The position numbers and the translations under genes are program-made. Source: Thermodesulfobacteriota bacterium (lineage in GTDB: Bacteria > Desulfobacterota > Desulfobacteria > Desulfobacterales > SURF-7). Taken from it: DNA of 64,000 nucleotides. This document shows, piece after piece, positions 28,901-37,023 of this stretch. The notes under the pieces are model-generated. The model did no database searches, had not been told where the DNA came from, and saw only the letters and a list, made by a program, of their open reading frames with translations. Location of the stretch: assembly GCA_049320885.1 (NCBI GenBank), contig JBMORA010000024.1, positions 32,001 through 96,000 on the forward strand, read 5' to 3'. Each line of letters opens with the position of its first letter. Position 1 is the first letter of the stretch.

Positions 28901-29701
28901 ATGTTGATAGTGGCTGAGAGAATCAACTCGTCAAGAAAATCCATCTACAACGCGATAGAACAGAAAGACAAATCATTTATAAAGACGGAGGCCATTGCCC
29001 AAGAGCAGGCAGGGGCAGATTATATCGATGTCAATGCCGGTTTGTTTGCAGCAAAAGAAGCCGATTGTCTTGCCTGGTTGATCGATGTTGTTCAGGAGGC
29101 AACAAGGTTGCCACTTTGTATTGACTCTGCGAATCCCGGGGCGATAAGAAAGGTATTGCCCCATGTGGAACAAACACCCATACTCAATTCCATCACCCTT
29201 GAGAAAGGACGTTTTGACACCTTGCTTCCCCTGATCCTCGATCGGTCATGCAAAACGGTCGGCTTGTGCCAGCGTGATGGTAAAACCGCGCACACTGCAC
29301 CTGAAAAAATGGCCATGGCCCGGAAGTTGATCACAGAACTAACAGAAGCCGGAGTCCCGGAGGGGGATATCTATATTGACCCCTTGGTATTCCCCATAGC
29401 CACAGACACTGATTCTGCGAGATCAACGCTTGACGCAATGTCGGATATTCGAAAAAACTTCCCGGAAGTCCATTTAATTTGCGGTGCAACCAATGTCTCT
29501 TTCGGCCTGCCGGGGCGAAAACTGATCAACCGAGTGTTTTTGATTGCCTCGATCCTGATGGGACTCGACTCCGCCATTATCGACCCGACGGATACAAAAC
29601 TGATGGCATCCCTGAAAGCCGCCATGCTGATCAATGGCATGGATCCGTATTCCAGAGCCTATATCAAAGCTTTTCGCGGCGGGTTGTTGAAAAATGTCTG
29701 A
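28901..29701 (+). CDS. Methyltetrahydrofolate:corrinoid methyltransferase (AcsE/pterin-binding family)
   Basis: ERINSSRK, GADYIDVNAG, PLCIDS, NSI, IDPLV, NVSFGLPGR, AIIDP. Confidence 0.92.
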   Translation: MLIVAERINSSRKSIYNAIEQKDKSFIKTEAIAQEQAGADYIDVNAGLFAAKEADCLAWLIDVVQEATRLPLCIDSANPGAIRKVLPHVEQTPILNSITLEKGRFDTLLPLILDRSCKTVGLCQRDGKTAHTAPEKMAMARKLITELTEAGVPEGDIYIDPLVFPIATDTDSARSTLDAMSDIRKNFPEVHLICGATNVSFGLPGRKLINRVFLIASILMGLDSAIIDPTDTKLMASLKAAMLINGMDPYSRAYIKAFRGGLLKNV

Positions 29702-29740
29702 AGACAGTGGGGGAAAATCAGAAGCAGGGAGCGATGTAAC

Positions 29741-30490
29741 ATGATCCATATGATACTGACGTCCTTCGGACCTGCACAAGTCCCAAGCGGCTGGGATGGA
29801 TTGTTTCAGCCGCCATTGCAAAAAGAATGGATCGACAAATCACTTTTGCATATGGGCTACCCTGATCTGACACAAATAAACCCCCAAATTCTCGAGAAGA
29901 CGCATGATTTATCGGCTTTGGTAACCATACAGGCCAAACCGTTTTTTCTATTCAACAGCGCGAGGTTATCGCGCATTACCAAAACAGGTTTTGAAGCAAA
30001 TGGATTGACGATAACCAGTCGCAAATGGGGAGCCGTCGCAGCCATGCTGGATACACCCATAGAGTTGTGCTGCTTTGGGATGACCTTGGGTGACGAGATT
30101 GAAACCACCAACAAAGCGATGAGTGAAAAATCACTCACCCAGGGGTTTGTCTGGGATGCGCTCTGCTCGACATTGGCGGAATACTATGCCGACCGGGTTG
30201 AAATCTGTTTGGCGCGATACTATAAGCAGAATGGACTCAAGATCACCAGGCGATTCAGCCCGGGATACTGTGATTTGCCGCTGTTGCAGGCGCAGAAAGC
30301 CATCTTTCGGTTCTGTGACATGGAGGCGATTGGGATACGCTTGTCATCATCCGGTTGGATGACACCGCGAAAATCCATCACCGGAATGGTGCTTGCCGCT
30401 GAAAACCTGCCCGTAACCACCCCTTGCAGCGTTTGTAAAAGAACCTGTCCGCATCGGCGCGCAAATGATGAAGCGGTCCAATTACCATAG
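29741..30490 (+). CDS. Stand-alone methionine synthase B12 activation-domain-like protein
   Basis: TLG...E, D......AE, RFSPGYCD, IG..L....M.P.KS.TG, C-terminal CxxCxxxCxxR. Confidence 0.82.
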   Translation: MIHMILTSFGPAQVPSGWDGLFQPPLQKEWIDKSLLHMGYPDLTQINPQILEKTHDLSALVTIQAKPFFLFNSARLSRITKTGFEANGLTITSRKWGAVAAMLDTPIELCCFGMTLGDEIETTNKAMSEKSLTQGFVWDALCSTLAEYYADRVEICLARYYKQNGLKITRRFSPGYCDLPLLQAQKAIFRFCDMEAIGIRLSSSGWMTPRKSITGMVLAAENLPVTTPCSVCKRTCPHRRANDEAVQLP

Positions 30491-30493
30491 GCA

Positions 30494-30924
30494 TAGAAAG
30501 TGAATTGCAATTGGATGGCTATTGCTACACCATTCTGGATGAAGAAGACATCCCGCATGACAAAAAATACGTCGAACAGGAAGGTGTAAAAATCTATGAA
30601 AACAGCCAGGTAAAAAATATTGAAGAAGGGCGGGAAATCCGGCTTACGGTGGGCGATCATACAGTTCAGACTAAAGCCGTCGTCATCGCCACAAATGGCT
30701 ACACATCCAAATTGGGTTATTTCAAGCATCAGGTTATGCCCGTGCATGCACAGTGCGCAGTCACACCGCCGTTGGGCCAAAAACTATTGACAAAATTGGG
30801 CTGGAAAAGCCGCTTGCCATTTTTCGATTCGCGAAACTTTCTCTACCATCTTGTATTGACAGCCGACAATGGCTTGACCGCTAATTGTTTCGTTCCCCAT
30901 AAAACGGCCGAATCGGGGAAATAA
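30494..30924 (+). pseudogene. Remnant of an FAD-dependent oxidoreductase (DAO/PuuB-like)
   Basis: GVKIYENSQV...VVIATNGY...T.PL...DSR..Y internal motifs; no GxGxxG N-terminus, no C-terminal half, no good start. Confidence 0.7.
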
Positions 30925-31203
30925 TGGGCTATAACCGGTCCGATATGATTCACCCGCGCAAGGCCAATCTACGCCAAACGTTTTATGGCGGAAACGATCC
31001 GTCCGTTAGATCCGTTACCCCCTCTTCCACGATCAAGAAATAGTACCGCATTTCGGCTGCCCTTATTTTTGCGGTGTGATTCCGTCGACGGCAACGGGCC
31101 ATATAAAATCTCGATAGCCATGACCAATTGTATTGAAATTAAGAATTTGACCTCCCGCCGTTTCGAAATTAGGCTCATGCTTCGCCGGATAGCGTAGGGG
31201 GTC

Positions 31204-32019
31204 ATGAAAAAAATGAAAATCGAATATCTCCATGAACAGGGTATCGGCTGCATCAATGAGGACGCCGTGTTTGTCAACGGCAATGCGTTTGCGGTTTTCG
31301 ACGGAGCCACCAGCCTTGACGGGCACTCCTTGGAGGGCGGGAAAACCGGCGGGTATCATGCTGCCCGCATCGCCAGCCGTATCTTTCAGCACAACAACGA
31401 TTCCCTGCGCAACCTGGCCGAGAAAGCCAATGGAGCGATCCTCAACAAAATGCTTCAGAAAGGAGTTGATGTCAGGGACAAAGCCGCCCTTTGGAGCACC
31501 AGCGCGGCGGTCGTCCGCATTCACAAAAACGCCTTGGAATGGCTGCAAACCGGCGACAGCCTGATTATGCTGATTTACGCCGACGGCTCCTATAAAATCC
31601 CCATCCACGACTACGACCACGACCAGGAAACCCTCTGGATGTGGAAACGCATGGCTGACCACACCGATCTGCCCATCCATCAAGCCTTGAAGGATCAGAT
31701 CCGAAAAGTCAGGGCGGACATGAATATTTCCTATGGAGCCTTGAATGGAGAACGCACCTATTTGGATTTTTTGAATTCCGGCACGGAAAGCCTGGAGGGT
31801 GTCCGTCACATCCTGCTGTTCACCGACGGACTGTTTATTCCAAAACCGGACCCGGGCGCTCATGGGAATTTTGACATTTTCGTCGACCTCTTCCAGAAGG
31901 GCGGTCTTCCGGAGGTGCACAACCATGTCCGCGGCTTGGAACTTTCAGACCCGAAGTGCAGAACCTATCCCAGGTTCAAACTTCATGACGATATCGCCGC
32001 TGTATCTGTTTCCTTATGA
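31204..32019 (+). CDS. PP2C/PPM-fold phosphatase-like protein
   Basis: NED, AVFDGAT, QTGDS, LFTDG and HDD metal-binding motifs. Confidence 0.8.
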   Translation: MKKMKIEYLHEQGIGCINEDAVFVNGNAFAVFDGATSLDGHSLEGGKTGGYHAARIASRIFQHNNDSLRNLAEKANGAILNKMLQKGVDVRDKAALWSTSAAVVRIHKNALEWLQTGDSLIMLIYADGSYKIPIHDYDHDQETLWMWKRMADHTDLPIHQALKDQIRKVRADMNISYGALNGERTYLDFLNSGTESLEGVRHILLFTDGLFIPKPDPGAHGNFDIFVDLFQKGGLPEVHNHVRGLELSDPKCRTYPRFKLHDDIAAVSVSL

Positions 32020-32095
32020 CCGGCTTCAAATGAGCATAACGAACATGGAACCAGCCATGCAAACCAACACCCATCCGCTTGAGGCTTGAACATAC

Positions 32096-32563
32096 ATGCT
32101 GTTTTATCGCTCCGTGAGATGGATTATCGGCATGTTGTTTTTGTTGTCCGGGGCAGGCAAGCTGTCCGACATCCTTTCTTTCAGCACGCTGATCGATGCG
32201 TACGGACTGATTCCACAGGAATTGACCGGTCCGATGGCCGCAATCCTGGCAACGCTGGAGGTGCTGGCCGGAATCGGTATGCTCCTGGACATCCATGGCA
32301 GTCTTGGGGTCATCACCGCCCTGACGCTTCTCTTTATGGCGATTTTGGGATACGGCATCCGGATGGGGCTGGATATCGACTGCGGCTGTTTCGGACCAGC
32401 GGACCCGGAGGCGAAGGCCTTCCATGGACTGCGGATGGCCCTGTATCGTGATTTTTTGATTATGGCTGGGATAGTGTATTTATATTCGTGGCGTCGGATG
32501 AGGAATATCCGTCCGACGCCCTTTATTTTTTCCTTTAAAACCATGCGGAGGACTGAACAATGA
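32096..32563 (+). CDS. MauE/DoxX family membrane protein
   Basis: Four TM helices; F..SG..K, LE, DIDCGCFG, RD motifs. Confidence 0.88.
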   Translation: MLFYRSVRWIIGMLFLLSGAGKLSDILSFSTLIDAYGLIPQELTGPMAAILATLEVLAGIGMLLDIHGSLGVITALTLLFMAILGYGIRMGLDIDCGCFGPADPEAKAFHGLRMALYRDFLIMAGIVYLYSWRRMRNIRPTPFIFSFKTMRRTEQ

Positions 32564-33087
32564 AAATGATTGGAAAACAACTGCTGCTGTTGTTGGTTTT
32601 CGGTATGATGTTGTCGCCGGTTTCTTTTGGAGCCGACATATTCGAGCAGGAACTTGAAAAAGAGCAAGGTGCGGTCAAACTGGCCCGGGAAGTCCAGAGG
32701 GGCGGATATGATTTGATCACCGCCGCGGAATTAAAAACAATGCTGGATGAACATAAGGAAATTGTGATCGTGGACACCATGCCCTACGCGGACAGCTATC
32801 AAAAAGAGCATGTCCCGGGCGCAAAGCAATTCCTTTTTCCCATTCCTGACATGGTCGCTTGGGATTCCAAGGAAACGGACGGCAAAAGCGTTGAGGATTT
32901 TAAAACCCTGCTCGGGTCGGATGTGAACAAAACCATAGTAATCTATTGCGGATTTGTAAAATGCACGCGCAGTCACAATGGCGCCGCCTGGGCCAAGAAA
33001 CTCGGCTATAAAAACGCCCTGCGCTTTTCCGGTGGAATCTATGCCTGGAAGGGGGCCGGATATCCGGTTGAAGGCAGTAACAATTGA
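32560..33087 (+). CDS. Exported rhodanese-domain protein
   Basis: Signal peptide; IVD, HVPGA, YCGFVKCTRSH active-site loop, GGIYAW; ATGA overlap with the MauE gene. Confidence 0.9.
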   Translation: MKMIGKQLLLLLVFGMMLSPVSFGADIFEQELEKEQGAVKLAREVQRGGYDLITAAELKTMLDEHKEIVIVDTMPYADSYQKEHVPGAKQFLFPIPDMVAWDSKETDGKSVEDFKTLLGSDVNKTIVIYCGFVKCTRSHNGAAWAKKLGYKNALRFSGGIYAWKGAGYPVEGSNN

Positions 33088-33344
33088 GGTCGATGGGGAC
33101 CAGACAGGTGACCAGAGCCGTCCGGGACATCAGATGATGTACCGCCGGCTCATCCAAAATAACAATGAGCGCGCTCCTTGACGAGGAAGGTTTCCATGTC
33201 TGGCAGACCGATTTCCCATCATAAAGGACGGATTCCCAAATAAAAGGACAAGCCCCCCAGAACCAGGGCCGTTCTTTCCGAACGGTTCTCTGTATTTTTT
33301 AGATTTTCAAATCCGGATCTCATCCGCAAACCCGTTCCCGAATC

Positions 33345-33361
33345 GCGGCATGTAAATTGCA
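33345..33361 (+). promoter_or_regulatory. Sigma54 -24/-12 promoter of the MCP gene
   Basis: GCGGCATGTAAATTGCA: GG-N10-GC; about 110 bp upstream of the AAGGAG-ATG. Confidence 0.75.
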
Positions 33362-33471
33362 TTTGTTACCCGGTCAGCTTCCACCGGCATTCCGGCCAAC
33401 TGCTTCAATCCGTCTGGAACCAATCTGTCTGAAAACGAACAATATGCCCATAATCAGGCTGTAAAAGGAGT

Positions 33472-35859
33472 ATGATCAAGATGCTCAAGAATTTGAAAAT
33501 ATCTGCAAAACTGACCGCCGGTTTCGGAATCGTGCTGGCCTTGCTGCTGGTTGTCATGGGAACCTATTATTTCGCCCTGACAAATTCAGTGGCCCGCTTT
33601 CAGAGCCTGTTAAATTCCGAAATCGCCATCGACGAAGCGGCCATGGGTGTAAGCCGGTACATGCTGGAATGCCGCCGCCAGGAAAAGAATTTCCTGATGC
33701 GCCACGAAAAGGAATATGCGGAAAAATTCGATTCGAATTTCAACCTGCTGAAGAGTCATATCCAGTTACTCGGCGGGCTGGTTGAAAAAAGCGGTGAATC
33801 GGATCTCCTCCGCCTGACGTCCGCGCTTCCTCCCCTGGCGGAAAAATATGGTGAAAACTTTCGGCTGGCTGCCGCGTCCCTGGAGAGAAAAGGTCTGAAC
33901 CACCAATCGGGGCTGCAGGGCGAGTTCAGAATCCAGGCCCATGAATTGGACAAAGCCGCTGCCGAACACGCCCTGGACGACCTGCAAATCGCCTTTCTGC
34001 AACTCAGGCGATACGAAAAGGATTTCCAGCGCACCAGGAACGATTCCCATCGCAGCAAATGGTCCGCCGCCCTGGAAGCCTATCAGGCATTGCTGACCAA
34101 CAGCACCTGCGAACCGGAAGCCCTGGTGGTTCAGCGCGCGGGCCTGGAGGAATATCGTAAACTTCGGGAAACCTATTTAGGACTGGCGGATGGCAAAGCC
34201 GCGGAAGACGAAATCGAGTCTGCCTATGAACGGCTGCGGGGAGATGCGGCTGATAAAATCGGCAAGGCCATTGGTTCTGTGTACGTATCGAATGTCAAGA
34301 CCTTGGTGCTCACTGTCCGGAAACATGAAAAAGACTATCTGCTGCGTCAGGACAAGGAATATGTGGAAAAATTGCATCAGACGGTTCAGGCGTTGACCGC
34401 TCTCTTTCGGAACTCCGGCATTCCGGAGAAACATATCCAGGAATTAACCGACTGCATCGGAAAGTATCAGAAGTCCTTTGATCTGTTGGTGGCTGAGGAT
34501 GATACCAGTAACACCCTTCTTCAAAGCATGATAGACAGCACCCGCGCGATGGAGCCCTTGATCGAAAAAATCATGACGGCCGCCAACCAGCTCCAGGATA
34601 AAAAAGAAGCCGATACCGTCCAGAAGGCTTCCCTGCTGAACCGTGCGGCGCTTTTCGCGGGAGCACTGGCTCTATCGGCAGGCCTGCTGCTTTCCGTGCT
34701 TATGACCATCTCCATAAAACGTCCGCTGGCGAAGACCCTCACGTTCGCCATGGGCATAAGGGCCGGCGATCTGAACACCCGCCTCCGGTTGGAAAGCAGG
34801 GATGAAATCGGGGAGCTGGCCCGAACGCTGGATGAGATGGTGGACAGCCTGAATGCCAAACAGAATCAAATCCAACAAAACCTGTCCGACATGGAAGGAG
34901 TGATCAAGGCAGTGGCAGTGATATCGGATCAGGTTCATTCCGGCTCCCAGCAGGTTTCCGATTCGAGCCAGTCCTTGTCCCAGGCTGCCAGTGAGCAAGC
35001 CTCTTCCCTCGAGGAAATCACCAGCAGCATGACCGAGATCGGTTCCCAGACCCGCACCAACGCCGAGAATGCATCCCAGGCCAAACAGCTCTCCCTCGCC
35101 GCCAAGGGAAAGACCCTGAACGGCAGGGAGCAGATGAGCGAGATGGTTCAGGCCATGGCCAGCATCAACGAATCCAGCAAAGCCATCGGCAAGATCATCA
35201 AAACCATCGACTCCATCGCCTTTCAAACCAACCTGCTGGCCTTGAACGCGGCGGTGGAAGCGGCCCGGGCAGGAAAACACGGCAAGGGATTCGCGGTGGT
35301 GGCCCAGGAAGTCCGCTCCCTGGCGGCCCGCAGCGCCCAGGCGGCCCAGGAAACCACTAGTCTTATCGAAACCGCCGGCAGAAATGTGGACAGGGGTGGT
35401 GTCATCGTGGATACCACATCCAAGGCCCTGGACGAGATTGACGAAAGCGTGACGAAAGTATCGGACCTGGTGTCTGAAATCGCCGCGGCCAGCAATGAGC
35501 AGGCCCAAGGCATTTCCCAGGTGAACCAAGGGCTGGGGCACATCGACAGCGTCACCCAGCAAAACACCGCCACGGCCGAGGAGACAGCGGCGGCGGCCGA
35601 GGAATTGTCCGGACAGGCAGCCCAATTGCGCCAGTTAATGATCCGTTTTAATGCCGGCGATGGAAGCGCGGACAGCCATGGCCGGCTGGAGGGTGGACCG
35701 CAACCGCCCCAGATCCAGCATCAGCCCGGGAAGCGACTCCATTTGTCCCAAAATTCTGATGCCTGGGGTCGGCCAACAGCAAAAAACCGAAAAGGGCCAA
35801 GTCATGAAACGGCCACAATCACCCAGTTGAACGATTCGGAGTTCGGGAAACATTCGTGA
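33472..35859 (+). CDS. Methyl-accepting chemotaxis protein with large helical periplasmic sensor
   Basis: Two TMs, HAMP (DEIGELA), [29 protein letters not shown] hairpin, C-terminal EFGKH tether-like peptide. Confidence 0.95.
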   Translation: MIKMLKNLKISAKLTAGFGIVLALLLVVMGTYYFALTNSVARFQSLLNSEIAIDEAAMGVSRYMLECRRQEKNFLMRHEKEYAEKFDSNFNLLKSHIQLLGGLVEKSGESDLLRLTSALPPLAEKYGENFRLAAASLERKGLNHQSGLQGEFRIQAHELDKAAAEHALDDLQIAFLQLRRYEKDFQRTRNDSHRSKWSAALEAYQALLTNSTCEPEALVVQRAGLEEYRKLRETYLGLADGKAAEDEIESAYERLRGDAADKIGKAIGSVYVSNVKTLVLTVRKHEKDYLLRQDKEYVEKLHQTVQALTALFRNSGIPEKHIQELTDCIGKYQKSFDLLVAEDDTSNTLLQSMIDSTRAMEPLIEKIMTAANQLQDKKEADTVQKASLLNRAALFAGALALSAGLLLSVLMTISIKRPLAKTLTFAMGIRAGDLNTRLRLESRDEIGELARTLDEMVDSLNAKQNQIQQNLSDMEGVIKAVAVISDQVHSGSQQVSDSSQSLSQAASEQASSLEEITSSMTEIGSQTRTNAENASQAKQLSLAAKGKTLNGREQMSEMVQAMASINESSKAIGKIIKTIDSIAFQTNLLALNAAVEAARAGKHGKGFAVVAQEVRSLAARSAQAAQETTSLIETAGRNVDRGGVIVDTTSKALDEIDESVTKVSDLVSEIAAASNEQAQGISQVNQGLGHIDSVTQQNTATAEETAAAAEELSGQAAQLRQLMIRFNAGDGSADSHGRLEGGPQPPQIQHQPGKRLHLSQNSDAWGRPTAKNRKGPSHETATITQLNDSEFGKHS

Positions 35860-35928
35860 AGAAAAGCCGCCCGCAATTACAAATGGGAATGGGGGGGGGT
35901 TATCCATCATACTCCAGGAACTCTTTCA

Positions 35929-36495
35929 CTATGGCATATTAGTGCCGTCGGTTGTCCCTTTATCTAATTTCTTCTTTAATTCAAAAAATATTTTATCAAC
36001 ATCTCCGTCATGGCTGTCAGCAAAACCTCTGACATAGGATATTTTTGCTATAACATTATGGTTGGTGGCATCGATAAATTCGATATCGATTGTTTTGGTG
36101 AATTGAAATTCAATTCGGAAGTGTCTTGTCAGTTTTGGGATTCCCAACCCATCGGTAATATGACATTTTACTATCATATCTGATTTGTCTGGCACCTGAT
36201 TTATTTGCCCAAAAGAAAAATATTCAAATCCAAAATTTTTAAGGTTTTTTTCAATTTGCTCTTTTATCCAAAATACTTCTGGCCCATTTCTTTTTTCTTT
36301 TGTAGTTCTGTATTCATCATGTTGTACGTCAATAAAAGCATTTTTATACATCAGTAAATTCAATTCAGGATTCGTTTGGACAGTAATATTAGTTTTACTT
36401 TTAGATATGTAAATTATTATAATCACCAATGTGATAGATACTGCGACCATTGCTTTGGTTGAAAGATTTTTTATAATTATCACTCTATGAAACAT
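35929..36495 (-). CDS. AT-rich membrane-anchored protein, second putative Rhs immunity paralog
   Basis: N-terminal hydrophobic anchor; shares V.CH...G.G.P...RHF......I.I.FID.....I....Y...F with the upstream gene. Confidence 0.7.
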   Translation of the reverse strand: MFHRVIIIKNLSTKAMVAVSITLVIIIIYISKSKTNITVQTNPELNLLMYKNAFIDVQHDEYRTTKEKRNGPEVFWIKEQIEKNLKNFGFEYFSFGQINQVPDKSDMIVKCHITDGLGIPKLTRHFRIEFQFTKTIDIEFIDATNHNVIAKISYVRGFADSHDGDVDKIFFELKKKLDKGTTDGTNMP

Positions 36496-36501
36496 TTATA
36501 C

Positions 36502-37023
36502 TTATTTTTGATTCAAATCCTTGACTGGCAAGGATTCAGCTTGGTCCGAATCAACGATCAACTCATTAATTAAATCATCAATAATATTCTTCTGGTCTGA
36601 TTGAAAAAAGGGCTTCTTATACTCAACTTCTCCAATAACCGCTTTTGATAACAAATCAATAAATTTAATATTTATAAGCGTAATATATTTTGCTGACACC
36701 TTAAAATGCCTCCTAAAGCTCGGTAATCCCCAGCCAATGGAAAAATGACATTCGACCTTAAGCGATGTTTCTTTTTCGTGATAAATCTTTTTTATCCCAA
36801 TGCCTTCGAGTGCTTCTGTTAATGCTGCTTCTACCATTGTTTCGTTAGCTCCAATCAACAAATCGCCTGATGATCTGTTATTGATATTTTTTATATATAT
36901 GATAGCGGTATCATATTTCTCCATGGTATTTTTTTTAATTTTTTGCTTTGCAATAATTTCAGAACCACTTCTGGATGAACATGACATAAGCAATATTAAT
37001 ATAACTAAATAATAATATTTCAT
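36502..37023 (-). CDS. AT-rich lipoprotein, putative cognate Rhs immunity protein
   Basis: MKYYYLVILILLMS|C lipobox-like signal; its ATG overlaps the rhs TGA (ATGA at 37023-37020). Confidence 0.78.
   Translation of the reverse strand: MKYYYLVILILLMSCSSRSGSEIIAKQKIKKNTMEKYDTAIIYIKNINNRSSGDLLIGANETMVEAALTEALEGIGIKKIYHEKETSLKVECHFSIGWGLPSFRRHFKVSAKYITLINIKFIDLLSKAVIGEVEYKKPFFQSDQKNIIDDLINELIVDSDQAESLPVKDLNQK

Noticed and set aside
30969..31197. Short ORFs between the oxidoreductase remnant and the PP2C-like gene
   Set aside because: No motifs or RBS; probably non-coding.
33093..33224. Small ORF with in-frame TGA-TGT as a possible selenoprotein
   Set aside because: Poor RBS spacing, no recognisable family and no clear SECIS hairpin.
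35861..35903. G9 run or terminator between the MCP and immunity genes
   Set aside because: Intergenic between convergent genes; the stem is too imperfect to call.
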